A stretch of DNA of 64,000 bases from Anthoceros angustus. Lineage: Eukaryota > Plantae > Anthocerotophyta. Each line of letters starts with the position of its first letter. The first letter of the stretch is position 1. Below, piece after piece: positions 29,801 through 43,582 of this stretch. The stretch is from assembly GCA_010909165.1 (NCBI GenBank), contig VJWM01000258.1:126603-190602 (forward strand), in the 5' to 3' direction. Below the pieces are notes generated by a model. That model was not told the origin of the DNA and made no database searches. It was given only the letters and a program-made list of their open reading frames with translations. The position numbers were made by a program, and so were the translations under genes.

Positions 29801-32800
29801 GAAGATCCCTGCGACTGCAGAAAGGCATTCTCGGGTGCTTGTCCCTCTTTTTCTGAGGTTTGTTGGACAAGGGGAGGACGTTGACAAAGACGGGGTTTCG
29901 TTCAAGACTACAGGAGGGAAGGAGTGGAAGGATGTTCTGAGAGAATGGTTAGTTCTTTTGAAGGAGTGCAGAAATGCGAGATCACTCTATCGAGGTCCTG
30001 ATCTCAAGACTGTTCTTCTCAAGCAGCTGCTAATGGACAGAGACTCAGCAATACAGCAGTTGGTCTTGGAATGCCTGCTGAATTGGAAGGACAGCTATTT
30101 GACATCATATCGTGATCACCTTTTCAACCTAATATCGTATCGGACCCTTCGTGAGGAGCTAACAACCTGGAATGTTGCAAGGGATGGTGGGCAGGTGCTT
30201 GAGGAACATAGAAACGGGCTTATTCCAGTTCTATTGCAAATTTTGTTTCCCAAGATCATGAAACGCAATGGCAAAATTTCAGGGAAGGCAGTAGCAGGTG
30301 TACAGAGGAGTGCGGTTCTTGGATATTTATTGCACTTGGATACACATGAGCTTTCTCCCTTTTTCTGCCAAATTCTAAGGCCCTTACAAGGCGTTTTTGC
30401 TGTTGGAGAAGACTCAAGGTTTGATTGGGAAGCAGCTTTGGGACAGGGTACTATCACTGAATATATTGCACACATGAGTGAGGATGAAGTGTCCAGGTTG
30501 CCATACAAGAAAAAAATTGGGTTTTTGTACATGTTCCAAGATCTCCTTGGCATATTTGATAGAGTTCGCCTTGGTGCGTATCTTCAACCTCTCCTTGCTC
30601 TCGTCTTCAAGTTTATGGCTGCAGCTGTGAACCAGGGAACAGAGATGAATCAGTTGCTTGTCGTGAAGGCTAGTAAGCTTGTGGATATGGAGATTGAGCC
30701 TCCTGAATGTACTGTGCTAGAAGACAATGACAGCAGTGTGAAGCAGTCACCTTGTTCCTTGTTTGACACGTGTCAACATGAGAATGTGGAGGCTGAAACT
30801 TCTGAGTGTAGGCCGCAAAAATCTGGTGGGGGCCATGATAGGCTAGATCCTGGGACTAGGAAACGTAAGGAAAATTCTTGCATTTATGAATGTCTAGAAG
30901 AGGATGGTGGGCACTCTCCCAAGCGCAGGTGCACGACCAGTGGCTCAGAGAAAGACATTCGGTTAAGCTGCTTCACCATTGTGGCGACTGTGTTAACCAA
31001 ATTTGAAGATCTGGTTCTTCCTGACAGTTGCTGGGATATTTTTTTCTCATCACCTGAGGTGTCATTGGGTAGGTTTCAGAAGGAGCAAACTGTAGTGCTC
31101 CCGGTTGCACTTTGTGATTGCTTCCTGGCAATGAGCAGGAGGATGGACTTGGCTCCACTGTTTGTGAAAGATAGGAATCTCCTACATAATATTCTCGCCA
31201 TGCTGTCATTCAAGGGAACTTCAGGGACGTCTGTTGCATTTGTTTTATGCTTTATTGAGAACATCCTCGACCTTGAGAGCAATTCTATGGGGGAAGAAGA
31301 GCCACAGCCTGTGCACCTGATTCTCCTTCCACGCCTTCATCATCTTTTGTGTGGATTGCAAGACGTGCTCCTTAATCATTCATTATATGCAAGCAGACCA
31401 AGGTCGGGTGCAGTCCTTGGCCGTGTACTGAAGATCCTGACCCGCTTGAGTATGTTCATCAAGGATGCACCAGATGCAACAGAAGTCAACAGTTTAATGT
31501 CTGTGCTGCTATCTCTTTTGAAGAGAAAGAGGAGAATACAGGACGACGAGTTTCTGGAGGCGCTCTGTGTAATCCGTGGATTAGCAAATTGTGTTGATGT
31601 CAGGACTGCTAGCAAGTGTCTGCTGGCTTTGGCGCCTTTCCTAACCTCAGAAGCTGGAAAGGATGTGCAAACTGTTGTCTGTGAGATCTTCCAAGGGTTG
31701 GCTGTTGTTCTCCCCTCGTTGTCCCCGGCGGTGACGCTGTTAGGTGACCTAATGTCTATGTCTACACGTGGACTTGAAGAAGTGGATTATGGACGCAGAC
31801 TGAATGCATATGAAGCATTGAATGAAGCTGCATTTTCTCAAATGACTTGGTCAGGAGCTCTTTTGATTTTATCAGTTGCTGTCCGCGATATTGCATCAGA
31901 GGACAGGTCCTTAAGGCTCAGTTCCAAAGATTGTGTTAACCTATTTATCAAGTTTGCAGCTTCTGTTCCTGAGCAGGGAGAATGCTTGGAGGTTGATGAG
32001 AAGCACGGTGTGTTGAATGACGGAGCGTCAGTGGTTTTGGATGGCGTGGAGGCTGTGGCAGACAAACCGGTAAAATCATTGGTTCGGTCCTTTCTTCTTC
32101 CTCAGGCAAGGAACGCGATGAACTCAGATGTGGCTACGGCCCGAGCTGAGTGGGTTTCTCTTCTTAGGGAAATGATTCTTAGATTTCCTAATATTCCCTC
32201 GCTCCATGAATGCCGGCCTCTAACAAGTGAAGATTTGGAGGTGGACTTCTTCTACAATATTGTCCATCTGCAGGTGCACAGGAAAATCAGGGCGATGGCA
32301 AGGTTTAGAGCTACCTTAGCTGGGCATCATCTTTCTGAAGGTGTACTTGTAAGGTTGTTTGCTCCTCTGTTCAGGAGTTTACTGTTTGAAGCAAAGAAGG
32401 ACAAGGAGGGGAATCTTGTCGGAGCTGCCATTGAATCAATTGCATGCATTGCTGCTCAACTGCAATGGCACCCTTATTTTGGATTGCTTATGCAGTCTTT
32501 TCGTTTGGTGTCTTTAAGACCTGAGCACCAGAAGACAGTAGCAAGGCTGATCAGCTCAATACTAGATGAGTTTCACTTTCCTATGGTGCAAAGCCATCTG
32601 TCAGAAAGGGATGGTAATGGGGCTTCGATTGAGGCTGCGAAAGATGTGGATCTTTCGAGAGGGAGTCCTGAAGGCTTGAGGGTGGCTGCTGATAACAGAG
32701 AAGAGCGCCTATTGCCAGCTGATATTTGCAGGGTATTGCAAACGAAAGTTCTACCTGACCTTACTAAGCTGATGACTCTGGAAAAGGATAATATAAATAC

Positions 32801-35507
32801 ATCTTTAGCTGTGTCAGCTGTGAAGATCCTGAAGTTTTTACCCGAGGAAACCATGAAAATTGAGTTGCCTCCACTTGTCCAAAGCATAGTAAATCTTCTG
32901 AAGAGTCATCGTCAAGGAATTAGGGATGATGCCCGAGCAGCATTGATAGCTGTCACAAAAGCATTAGGTGCACAGTATTTGGAGTTTGTGGTAAATATCA
33001 TGCAATTTTCACTGACTAAGGGGTTTGAGCTACATGTTTTGGGGTTTACAGTCAACAGTATTCTGTTGAAGCTTCTCCCAGAGGTCCAAGTTGGAGAGGT
33101 TGACCATTGTCTGGGCAAGCTGCAGGAGATCCTCTTAAGTGGCTTCCTTGGGGAGGTTGCAGAAGAGAAGGATGTAGAAGGGATAGCAAGGAAAATGAAG
33201 GAGACAAGGCGCATGCAGTCTCTTGAAAGTATGCAATTGCTGGCAAGCTCAGTTTTCTTTCCGGCACATGCCATGACACTGCTGAAACCTGTTATTGATA
33301 GCCTGGATCGGTGTATGACGCCCAAGGAGAAGAATAAAATTCAGCAGGTGCTGAAGGCATTGGCTATTGGCATCCAGAGTAACGCCAGTGTTACTGAAAA
33401 TCACTTGCTTGTATTCGTCGAACAGTTGATTGAAGGTATGCACGGGATCCAAGAAAGCTCAGACAATTCCATGGTTAACTCTCGCCAAAATATCCACATG
33501 ACTGTAGAGTTCGCGCTTAATGTGTTGCACTGCAATCTCAAGACCATCAAAGTGAGTGCTGAAGATAAGGATGTCTTGTCCATGCTAGCTCGCTTGGTGG
33601 ACCTTCTGCAGATATGTCTTGCTTCCAAGTATGATTCAATTGTCTCTCTGGCACTGAAGTGCCTTCGGCATCTCCTCAAGTTGCCTTTACCAATCCTTAG
33701 GTCTGTTGGAGACAGATTGACCTCAGATGTACTGTGTATAGCCCAGAGGTGTGGGACTGCAGAGACTGAGGTAATGAAGGCGAGCTTTGACCTCCTGATT
33801 GCCCTCATCAGGCATCCTGAGATTGGTGAAGTTTCTCAAGAACAGTTGCATGCTCTTCTGGAGTTTCCAATTTTCAATGAGCTGGAAGGGCATACATGTG
33901 GAACAGCCTTGAACCTCCTTAAAGCAGTGATAGCTAGGAAAGTGTTAGTTCCCGAGCTTTATGATATTGTCCACAAAGTTGAGGAGCTAATGATCAGAAG
34001 CCAGGTTGAAGCTGTGCGGAAGCAGGCAAATCAAGTTGTGTTGCAGTTTATGCTGGACTATCCTCTGGGTTCCAAGCGGCTGCAGCAGCACTTAGACTTC
34101 TTTCTCACAAATACCTCCTACTCAGAGACCACCGGGAGGGAATCAGCCTTGGAGATGTTGCATACCGTGATATCTAAGTTTCCTGAAGCGCTTGTGGAGG
34201 AGCAAGCCGAGAGCATGTTTTTGGTATTGGTGACCCGGGTTGCAAATGAGGAGGCAAGTCATGTGAGGGCAATGTTGGCGACTGTTGTGAAAGGACTCTT
34301 CTGCCGTATTAGTCAGCCTACTTTGGACCGCATATTTGATTACTCTATTGCTTGGTACAGCAACCCCAATCGTCGTCTGTGGCGTCCGTCTGCTCATGTT
34401 TTAGGCTACTTAATTGAAGTTATGGGCAGCAAGTTGGGGAGGCACACTGAAACTGTAGTTAACTGTGTAGTCTCGTTTCTGAAGCATGCAAAAAAGGTTC
34501 AGAAGCCCACAGAAGATGAAAGAGCCCCCCTTTGGCAGGAAGTCTATCTGTCATTGCTTATGGTGGAAAAGCTGTTACAGAAGAACCCAGATCTTTGCCT
34601 TCAACAAGTTCTGGAAGGATTCTGGGATCTTGTGCCATCATTTCTGCTCCATGAACACACATGGCCTCGGAGGGTTAGTGAGCGTCTTGTGGGGGTGTAC
34701 TTTGCAGCCTGTGGGTTGCTGAGCAGGAGCGAGCTGGAAACAATGATATCAACTACAAAGCAAGGGTGCCTCGTCTATCGAAGGAAATTGATCCAGCTGG
34801 CTGCAGCATTCATTGATCAGCTTGATTGTGGGTCCTTGGATGCTGATTTGAATCAGCTTGCTGTTCAGAATTTGCTGTTTGTCACTTGCCTGTTTGACTC
34901 AATGTCGTCAGGTATGAAAAGCAGTTTGCAGGATCCAGAGGAAACGGGCTTGTCAGCCCGTGATGAACTGGGGGTGGCAAATAAGTGCGATCCCATACAG
35001 GCACCGCTTGCCACTGCTGCTGCTGGTGTACCAAATGGATCACACCCAGAAAGTAGGGATGATGCTGTCTATCTTATTTTTGCAAAGGTGGAGAAAATCG
35101 CTTTGAGGATACATCCAGTGCAATCCAAAGCAGCTCTTCAGTGGTTCAGTGCTATGACGACACAGCTAGGAGAAAGGATCCAAGCCTATGTACCATGCAT
35201 GCTAAGGCCCCTTTACAAGATTTCTGGAGGATATACTGCTAGACTGGTTACGGATGATTTGCAGATGCTAGCAGCGGAAGTTTCCAGTCTTCTGCGAGAC
35301 ACAATTGGTGCACATAAGTTTGAGTCTGCATATAATGTGATCCGGGAGGAGGTCCAGGGTCGGAGAACAGAGAGGAAACAGTCCGAGAAGATACAAGTTT
35401 TGAAGAATCCGGAGGCTGCAGCAAAGAGAAAGCTGGGCCGTGCTGTGAAGAAGCGATCTCAAAAGCGAAGGAAAATATTGGAGGCCAAAGTGGAGAGAGG
35501 ATTATGA
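26834..35507 (+). CDS. UTP20: U3 snoRNP/SSU processome component UTP20 (DRIM, HEAT-repeat)
   Basis: Exon 1 MARGPGQPLKSLNKGPGSKRFV (26834-26899), then an intron, then FKSAAELLDELEIDVFRSL..WKELNAAADFNEVYQQLFPIVQTLPQLLLHK..LSLEPILSLVSDLARDL. A second intron spans 28432-28525, followed by a ~7 kb exon with the DRIM-like FSLTKGFELHVLGFTVNSIL..AEEKDVEGIARKMKETR region and a basic C-terminus. There are two 1-bp deletions (~27084, ~27480) where the upstream duplicate has the in-frame base. Confidence 0.95.
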
Positions 35508-35739
35508 CATTTTACATCCTACCCATGAACACGTAGTGCAGAGGATTCTGGAATTCCATGTGATATGGAACCTGATATCTTGATGTTCAAGGTCTAGGGA
35601 CATTAAAAATGGAATTCCTGCTACAAGTTGGAGACTGAAGGTTCCTACACCCCGCTGTAAGCGATCTGCAAGCGACCCTTGCGAACAGAGGTACTCTTGT
35701 CTGCAGTTAGAGCGTTGCCTTATTGGAGACGTTACCTGC

Positions 35740-35985
35740 ATTTCCCTTGTGTGCTAATTGCAGTTCCCCTTGTGTGCTAATTGCAGTTCCCATGTGTGCA
35801 TATTGCAGTTCCCATGTGTGCATATTGCAGTTCCCATGTGTGCATATTGCAGTTCCTATGTGTGCATATTGCAGTTCCCATGTGTACATATTGCAGTTCC
35901 CATGTGTGCATATTGCAGTTCCCATGTGTGCATATTGCAGTTCCCATGTGTGCTTATTGCAGTTCCCATGTGTGCTTATAGCAGT
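35740..35985. repeat. Minisatellite, 22 bp unit (cagttcccatgtgtgcatattg), ~11 copies, 3' of UTP20
   Basis: Unit starts at 35784, 35806, 35828 and onward, with few substitutions. Confidence 0.95.
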
Positions 35986-36564
35986 TCTGTTTCATTTGAT
36001 GCAGAAGAGAATGTACCCGATTAAGCGATGTGAGCGACCCGAGTACTCAAGTTCGGAAAGAGCAGCAGAACAATTATTTTCTCAATCTGGCTTCTGACGG
36101 GCCAACTAGCATTGATACGTACTGTGCACCTCAATGGGGGTTGCGGTTTTTGGGATTATACGATACTGTAATTCTCTGAGACAAGCAACAGTAGCAACAG
36201 AAGCAACAAGCAGCTGTTGCAACCTGATGCCATTTGAGTCATACGCTACACACAATTACAACCAGCCGATCTTCGACTTTCTTGCCAGCACTTTCATCTA
36301 CGTACTTAGTTTCCGTGGTTGTGTCCCCCTCTCCCTCGCCCCGGAAAAGCAGTGACAGAACCTTGACACGTCCGTAATTCGTCAAAGCTTAAAAGCTGTG
36401 TAATCTCACGATGCTTAGAACCTTACTGCTACTGAGTTCCTGTCTGATTCACCGTACTCGAGGCACCATCGAAACACATGCGGCACAGTATGAGCTCAAA
36501 GAAGGGTTCTCAAATCAAGAGCAGTGACGATCACTACAAGGTAGTCCATCCACTGATTTACTGC

Positions 36565-36877
36565 CTACTCCTTCTTGCCGACTCCGTGTGCCATGTTCCA
36601 AACACCTCGGATCTGAGACAAAACGTAGTGGCGTTTCGTGTTAGCACAAAAGCATGAGCAACATCACGTGCAATAGCAAGGATCTCAACAAGACTGTGCA
36701 TGAACTTACAATCATCATCCCGGTGACAGCCACAAATGCTGCGGGAATGGCAACAGAGGTGATTCTGTCATACGGGCCTTTCAAGTGCGTCAGACGATGC
36801 GTATTCTGAAAGTATTGTTGTTTCTTCAGGATATGTTCCGGGACCGAACCCGAAGCATGACCACTACCACCTGCCAT
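36565..36877 (-). CDS. COX7A: Cytochrome c oxidase subunit VIIa (plant type), 2 coding exons (36710-36877, 36565-36612)
   Basis: MAGGSGHASGSVPEHILKKQQYFQNTHRLTHLKGPYDRITSVAIPAAFVAVTGMMI / IRGVWNMAHGVGKKE*, matching the At4g21105-type motif HTYLKGPMDKITSVAIP...GKKE. Confidence 0.93.
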
Positions 36878-37677
36878 ATCAACCAGCCTGCATCACAACC
36901 ACAGGTGCATCAGACGGCAATCACACTCTAACTCATAACCGCATAATCTGCATAAAATCGTTTCGCAGTCCGACACCTCCTGATCCGAGCAGCAAACAAA
37001 CAAAAACAACTGTCCGAGCTCGCAGCTATCACAGTGGTTGCCACTGGCAGTTGTCCCGATACTGGACGCCTCTCAAAGGGAGAACTGCTGAGTGACCGGA
37101 ATAAAGACACTGCCGAGGACCTAAGCATCAATCCCCCGCTACAGCAAGCTCAACAACAGTGGTGAGACCTGAGAAAGAGCACGGCTCGCCGATTGCTCCC
37201 ACGGTTCCTTGTCCCAACTTCTTCTAGGGCTGTTTGGAAAATAAAGATGACCTGTTAGGACTCCCCTATTTTCAGGGCCTTGGTCACGTACATATTTGTT
37301 TCCGTGGCTGTTGTAGGCAGCCTGGAATGAGGCATTTCAAACATTGGCTGTCTTCAAGGCTTCGGTTCCGTTCACTAGAGATGCCACGCTGCGGTGCTTG
37401 CCTTGTGTGCACCTTTGAGAAGGGACGGTCCAACGTACCATACTTCTTGTGAAGCTCTTAAAGAGTATCTGAGCCGGTAATATTGATTATTAAAGAAAGT
37501 TTGATTGCATGATTAGAATGAAGGACGTGCTTCTTTGTTCTCCAGTGCTGGTGCAAAAGTCTTGTCATGAGCGTCGAGAAATAAACACTAGGACCGGCAG
37601 GCAGTAACTTCCCCACCAGCAGAAGATAACCAGGAGCATTCGCTAACCGCCTGTGGTTGTTTCTGGGATAGCCAAAG

Positions 37678-39046
37678 TCAGAGCTCTGGAAGTATCTCGG
37701 CAGTTGTGGTGCAGTTCCTTATTCCCTCCATTCTCACTTCGAAGGCAGCTGTGGCTGGTGGTAGAGATGGTGATTTGTAAAGATGTGCATATCGACACCC
37801 ATCTATCCAGAACAGCATCACTCGATTCGTGCATGAATGTGACCAGGTATCACCTGTTTGGAGAATCACTGTTAGCAATTTGATGTGACAGAGGAGAAAA
37901 AATTGGATTCGAGATAAGTACAAACCTAAGACAGGCACCAATCTCGACGACTGGCCGGAGACTCTGTGCGAGACCTGGTTCACCAAAACGACCTGCGATG
38001 GTGTTTATGACATGTCAGTCTCAACCATGTGATAAGAATTCACCAACCCCCCATGACATCACATGACTGCATACCGCAATGTCATGCTCTTGAGATAGCT
38101 GCATAAGATCCTGAGCGGTTTGACTGAGAATGCGAGTTCTGGCACCCATGTCCTCATAGTCTTGGCGAAAATGGAATGTCAAGCTGTCAACCACAACCAA
38201 CTTGACCTGCAAGCACACAATCAGTTGGGAGACTTGTAACGACAGTCGAGATCAGACACAGCCGGTACAGGTGGCTCTACCTGGATATGTGTGGCCAAAA
38301 ACTTCCTGAGATTGTATAGAACAGCCTGTTGCTCAAAACTGTCATGGACACGGTAGTGGTAGATATGCTCCAGAAACTCTTCAGCAACTGAAGGCATGTC
38401 TGTCACTGCTTGCGAAGGTGTCCTCAGAAGCTCGATACACCCAGCAGCCATTTGCAACGCCCTCTCCACCATAAAACTGCCTTCAGAGTCTACCAACAGA
38501 CCAGCCAAATAGTGACAAACCTGAAGAAACCCGAGAGGGGTAGTGATTTGGACAAGCCAGTGTTTAAAAATGTACCTATGTAGACAGCGTGTCCGTCAAG
38601 CCCCCCTAGTTGCCTAGGAACCTGCACATTTATGGCAAGCTGAATCCTGAAGAACAGCAAACCAAGACGTCAGTGGGAGGACACACAACCTAGCCTGCCT
38701 CTCTGTGCCCAAGTAGAGACATACCCAAGTTGAGTCTTGCCGATTCCCGGAACACCACCTAGCCAGCCAAGTGCATTCATGGTCACACAAGACAGACATA
38801 GACTCTCAATTGTGCCGCAAGCTACAAAAGTTGTAAAGGAAGAATGATGAATCGACACTCACATACTTCAGTCACTTCTTTGGTTCGAATGCCGCCACCC
38901 AGAACCTCATCCAGGTCTTTGCAGAGAGTGGAAATCGGCGATGCACTGTCTTCATCCCGCAACAGCTCCAGTGATGTTTTCCCATTAAATTTGTGCACAC
39001 CTTGCTGGGATTGTTCCTCTACGATGTCCAGCTCATCATCAGACAA
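37678..39046 (-). CDS. RAD51C: DNA repair protein RAD51 paralog C; 5' start uncertain
   Basis: Exons: ISTLCKDLDEVLGGGIRTKEVTEV / GGVPGIGKTQLG (Walker A) / DSEGSFMVERALQMA / VKLVVVDSLTFHFRQDY (Walker B) / VVLVNQV / DTWSHSCTNRVMLFW..KSPSLP. FHFRQD and WSHSCTNRV are characteristic of RAD51C. Confidence 0.93.
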
Positions 39047-39339
39047 CAGGCATAAATAAAAATGCAGTAAGGGACTTGAGCGTTCCGCGTTTCAAATACA
39101 TGTGAGGGGCACCTGCATCCGCCATGTAGCCCTAGAGCATTTTTCCCGGTCTCCCTGTCGTAACCTGCTGCTGGTGTAGACGCAGCATTCCGGCAGAGAA
39201 ATTCACAAGGAGAATCAATTGCGTACATAGTTCGAACGTGCCTAAGAGGGACAACGTGCGTAGTTCGAACGTGTGTCACGTAACGTGCTTAAGAGGACAA
39301 CATGCGTATAGTACATATGTATTCAACATGACGTGTGTT

Positions 39340-42300
39340 GTGTCTATGTAAAAGAGATGCCTTCCCGGCACTAGGGGTTAAGTTTACCGCACTCTATTGT
39401 GCTTGAGGAAAAGAAGACTTTGTGTCTATGTAAAAGAGATGCCTTCCCGGCACTAGGGGTTAAGTTTACCGCACTCTATTGTGCTTGAGGAAAAGAAGAC
39501 TTTATTATAAAAAAAGAGATAAAAAAAATTCATTCGCCCTAAAAACACAGGGGAAAAATTTATTGCACTATATTGTGCTTCATAGTTCATACTTGCTGTG
39601 AGTGCTGTAGACTTTAAATGTACATATGGGACAATGGAGACTTTATTAAAAGAAGAGATAGGGAAAACCCATCTACCCGGAACCGAGGGGGACAACCCAC
39701 TAAAGGGCCAAGAGCCAAGGGGCTAGCCCCCACGAATGCCAACCCCGAAAGTACCTATCGCCCTGATTATGTCGTGGTCGGAGATGAAGAAAGCCTACCT
39801 ACAACTAGTGCCGATGACACCATATCTCCTGCGCTCGTTGCCATCCTGAAAGCGTTGGCTAGTGCCCTCTGCAGCGCGATGGATACCCGCTGTCAAAAAA
39901 AAGCCAGCACTGAGGAAAGAAGGAGACCTACCCCATTCCGACGATTGTGGTAAGCTTTAGCACAATCCTTAATGAGCTGGGAAAAATCCTTGCCCATAGC
40001 CCCGTGAGTCTCACTGGCGAGGGGGATGAATGCGTGGCCGTCCTACAAAGTTGTGTACTTGTGTACCTTGGCAGTCGCGCATCCCTCCGCCGCCTAGCCC
40101 GGAGAGTTGATAATGACATGCTCACAAATGACGTTCCGGGTAGGGTCCGTTACGATAACATCCGCAATAGAGATTTGGTTCCCTTGGATCAAAAATAGAT
40201 CCGCCCTGAGGGACACCCCATTGCACAGGGTACATGGACGCTCCCTGTATGGAAAATAACCGCTCTCCTTGGCCATTGAGAACATGACGTCGCGAACGGC
40301 ATCATGCGTAGCGATACGTTGCCCTCCAATTGGACAGCGAGCCAAGTGGGACCTTGAGTCGTCGAGGGGGGGCCCACAGTTGTAGGCTAAGAGAGAACAA
40401 GCCATAGGCTAGACCAAACCCAGGTGAAACCTCATCGCAATGAAAAGAGAAGTTGGTGCGATTCGAAAAGCCCAGATGCAAGGCCGAGCCAAAAGCTTGC
40501 TCCCATCCCCGAGCAAGAGTAGATGCGGGAACAAATAGGCCAGGGAATAGTAGAGTCCATATGGATTGCCTACTGCACCTGCCTGAACTGCTTCTCCTAG
40601 GGAGAGCCCTAAAGGCCACTTAGCCCTTCCACGGAAAACGAGGAAAAGGGAGGCATGGGGAGGGCCTCCAAGATGGGAATGTCTTGGATGAAGAAACGAG
40701 CGGTGAAGACGGGGCAGAGAGGGCCCAGCTTCCAAGGAAGATTGTCGGCGACGTGGTCTCCATGGCCAGCAAACGTGTGCTTCCAAAAGTGATAGGAAAG
40801 GACGCCTGCCGCTGCGCAAAGCTCCCTGCGGCACACTTGAAGGTCCCCGGTCCGATAATGTCTCCAAGTGCCTGCATACTTTGTAGATTAAAATTCCGCA
40901 AACTTAATAGAAAAGCTAGAGCCACCGTCATGGTGAGGTAACTCGGCCGACACGCGAAGCAAGACGAAAGGATGCCAAATGCCACCTGAATGCCCCACCC
41001 TAAGAAATTGAAGAGAGGGAGTAATGCCAGATGAGGGCCAAACCTTGCACTTCATAATCTTAACCCTCAAACCTAAACGGGAGAGCTATGAGGAAAAGAG
41101 TGTGAAAGCTTCCCTAACCTGGCCCCCGGGTCCTAAGATGTGAGTGTTAACCGCCACGGACGGAAAGAGACGCTCCTCGACCGCGCCGGTAGTAATAGCC
41201 AGGGCCTAGAAAGTGCGCAACGAAAAGAGGTTACCTCCCAAGGGATCCCCCTGCCTCATGCTGGTCGCCGAGTCCAGCACAGTAACCCCTTCCTTAGATG
41301 GTCCGTGCTGAAAGTAGAGGGTAGACGAGGAACCATAAAAAGAGTGGACGAAAGGAATAAGACTTGCCAGGTGCCTGCCTACATCCTTAAGCTATGTGAA
41401 AATTACCATCTTAGAGACCGTGTTGAAAGCGTTCTCGACGTCCATATGTAGGGCGTCCCAATCTTGATGTGACTCCATACCCTCCCGGAGTGGTAATCCC
41501 AAATTGGTGGGGGCAAAGATGTGCTTGGAACTGCTCCCGAAGTTGGATAGCAATGGTGCAACCTATATGGCGTAAGAATGCCTCCCCAATGGTGATAGGG
41601 CGCACCCCAGGCGTGGGCTTCTTTATAGTCAGTAACTTGTTGATCCCCAACACCCGAGAGATTCGGTGAAAAGTCTTCCTCTTGCCACTTCTGCCGCCAG
41701 AATGAAGAGCTCCGAGAAACCACTAGAAGGATCCTCAGGAGCAAAGTCATCATGAAGGTGACCGTTGATTGGCCCAGATAGACTACCCGATGAAAGCCGC
41801 AGGGCAATGGTAAGAGCCTTACCGAAGACCACCCTATCGAGACAAAAAGGCGCCTCCGGCATGTAATTCAGGATATCCTGTGGAATGAGGTTATCTTGGG
41901 CCAGATAAAGGGCACGGAGTGCAAAGATGGTGTCTTCGGAGGTTGGCACCACTGGCTCCAGGCGAAGTGCCCGAGCAGCCTTAGCGTATTTCCTAGCACG
42001 GCCTAGCAAGAGACACCTCTTGAGCCCCGCCTTGGCGGGGTCCTGGTAGACTTAGTACACCTTGGCAGCCTCCAGCCTGGATCTCCCTCCTCTTGCAAAG
42101 CTTCCCCGGCCCGGAATCGACGGAGACGAGACATCGCCTTCTTATTGCTCGAAGAACCACCCCTGGAGCGACGAAGACACCACCGAGGGAGAGAAAGGAA
42201 CAAAGTCCAAGCCGCCTCGTCCCTAGGGTCTAGCACAAGGTGATCCAAAGGAAGCCAGTAGGCAAAGCAAACGTTGTCATGCAAGCGCCTCGGGAGACGC

Positions 42301-43200
42301 CGAAAAAGGCAGGGTCTCGGAAAGCGCGCTTCGAACAAGGTGAGCAGATGATGTAATTGCATTCGCAACCACTAGCAAGACTCTAGGGGTGGGACGAGGG
42401 TAGCATCCAAACTCGGAGCCAGATGTATAGTCCTACTGGAAGAAGCAAACCTCACCTGAGCCTCCCGGGTTGTTCGGTTGAAGTCCTTATGTTTGAACCC
42501 AATGTGACATTTCTCCCCCTTGACTCCACAAAGACAAAGATAGCAGATCGGACAAGGGTGTCCTTGACTACCAAGGTGTGACCGTATGGGGGAGGGAGAA
42601 ACAACGAGAATGGCACGATCTGTGGAACAACCTGGATGACCGGAGGGTGTCTGAGTCGAGGGGGCACCGGGTGCCAAGGACAAAGCATCCTCGGCAGTTA
42701 CTAAACATACGGAGTGCACGCTCCGTATGGCGAGCTTGACTAGGCTGGCCGAAGGCCAGCACCCAGAGGGGCCGCAACTTGCCAAAATACCCGACAACCC
42801 ACCGCGTAGACCCCCCCTCCCGAAATCCTAAATAGAAACCCTAAAAGCCTACGGTCGGCCGGAACATGACGCCTTGCCAAAGCCCAGCATGAAACCATGA
42901 GACCGATTTACATACAGACGTGAGAGCTTGCTCCCTGCGAAGAGTGCCGGGGAGAAGTTCGTGAAAGGCTAAAGGCGAAGACCGTTCGGAACACTTCACG
43001 CATATTGGATTCCCAATCTTTCGAGTCATAGACCTGGCTGCTTCACAAGGGGCCATGGGCATGGAGGCTTGTGTGTAGTCTAGGAAGGGCTTCGGCTGGC
43101 CTAATTCTCAGGAACCAATGGTGGCCAAACAACAGAGCCGTTAGGTACAGCTAGGTATGTGGTTTGAGACATGCCCACGCTCGTCGCCGTCCCATGAATA
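39340..43200 (-). mobile_element. Decayed non-LTR retrotransposon with RT and a C-terminal restriction-like endonuclease (CRE-clade-like); boundaries approximate
   Basis: Broken minus-strand frames: KKPTPGVRPITIGEAFLR, HQFGI, DVENAFNTVS (41414-41444), MRQGDPLGGNLF (41241-41258), CCHC-like YNCGPPLDDSRSHLARC, RIATHDAVRDV, RADL...IADVIVTDP, QRVSIALQRALA. Many stops and frameshifts. Confidence 0.85.
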
Positions 43201-43582
43201 GCGTTGGCCAGCGATGTGCATACCCAGCATAATGTACATACCTAGCATCTCATGTTCAGTTTTTCTAATAGATTATAATATATTTATATTAAAAATAAAT
43301 AAATAATATATTTTTAATTAAAATAGATGAATAATACTTCCTTATTAAGGAAAGAAGAGACAAGCGAACTCATCTACTAAAAAATATGAAAGAAACATAT
43401 TAAAGAATATGAAAGGAAGATACTCAAAAACATGAAAGGAAGACCTGAAGGACTGGACTAAAGAAGAGCATCTACTAAAAAACATGAAAGGAAGACCTGC
43501 AGGGTCGGACTAAAGAAGAGCATAGTTGCATGTTTAAAGTCACTTACAGCGCCTACTCAAGCTCCACATACAGTTTTAGACG

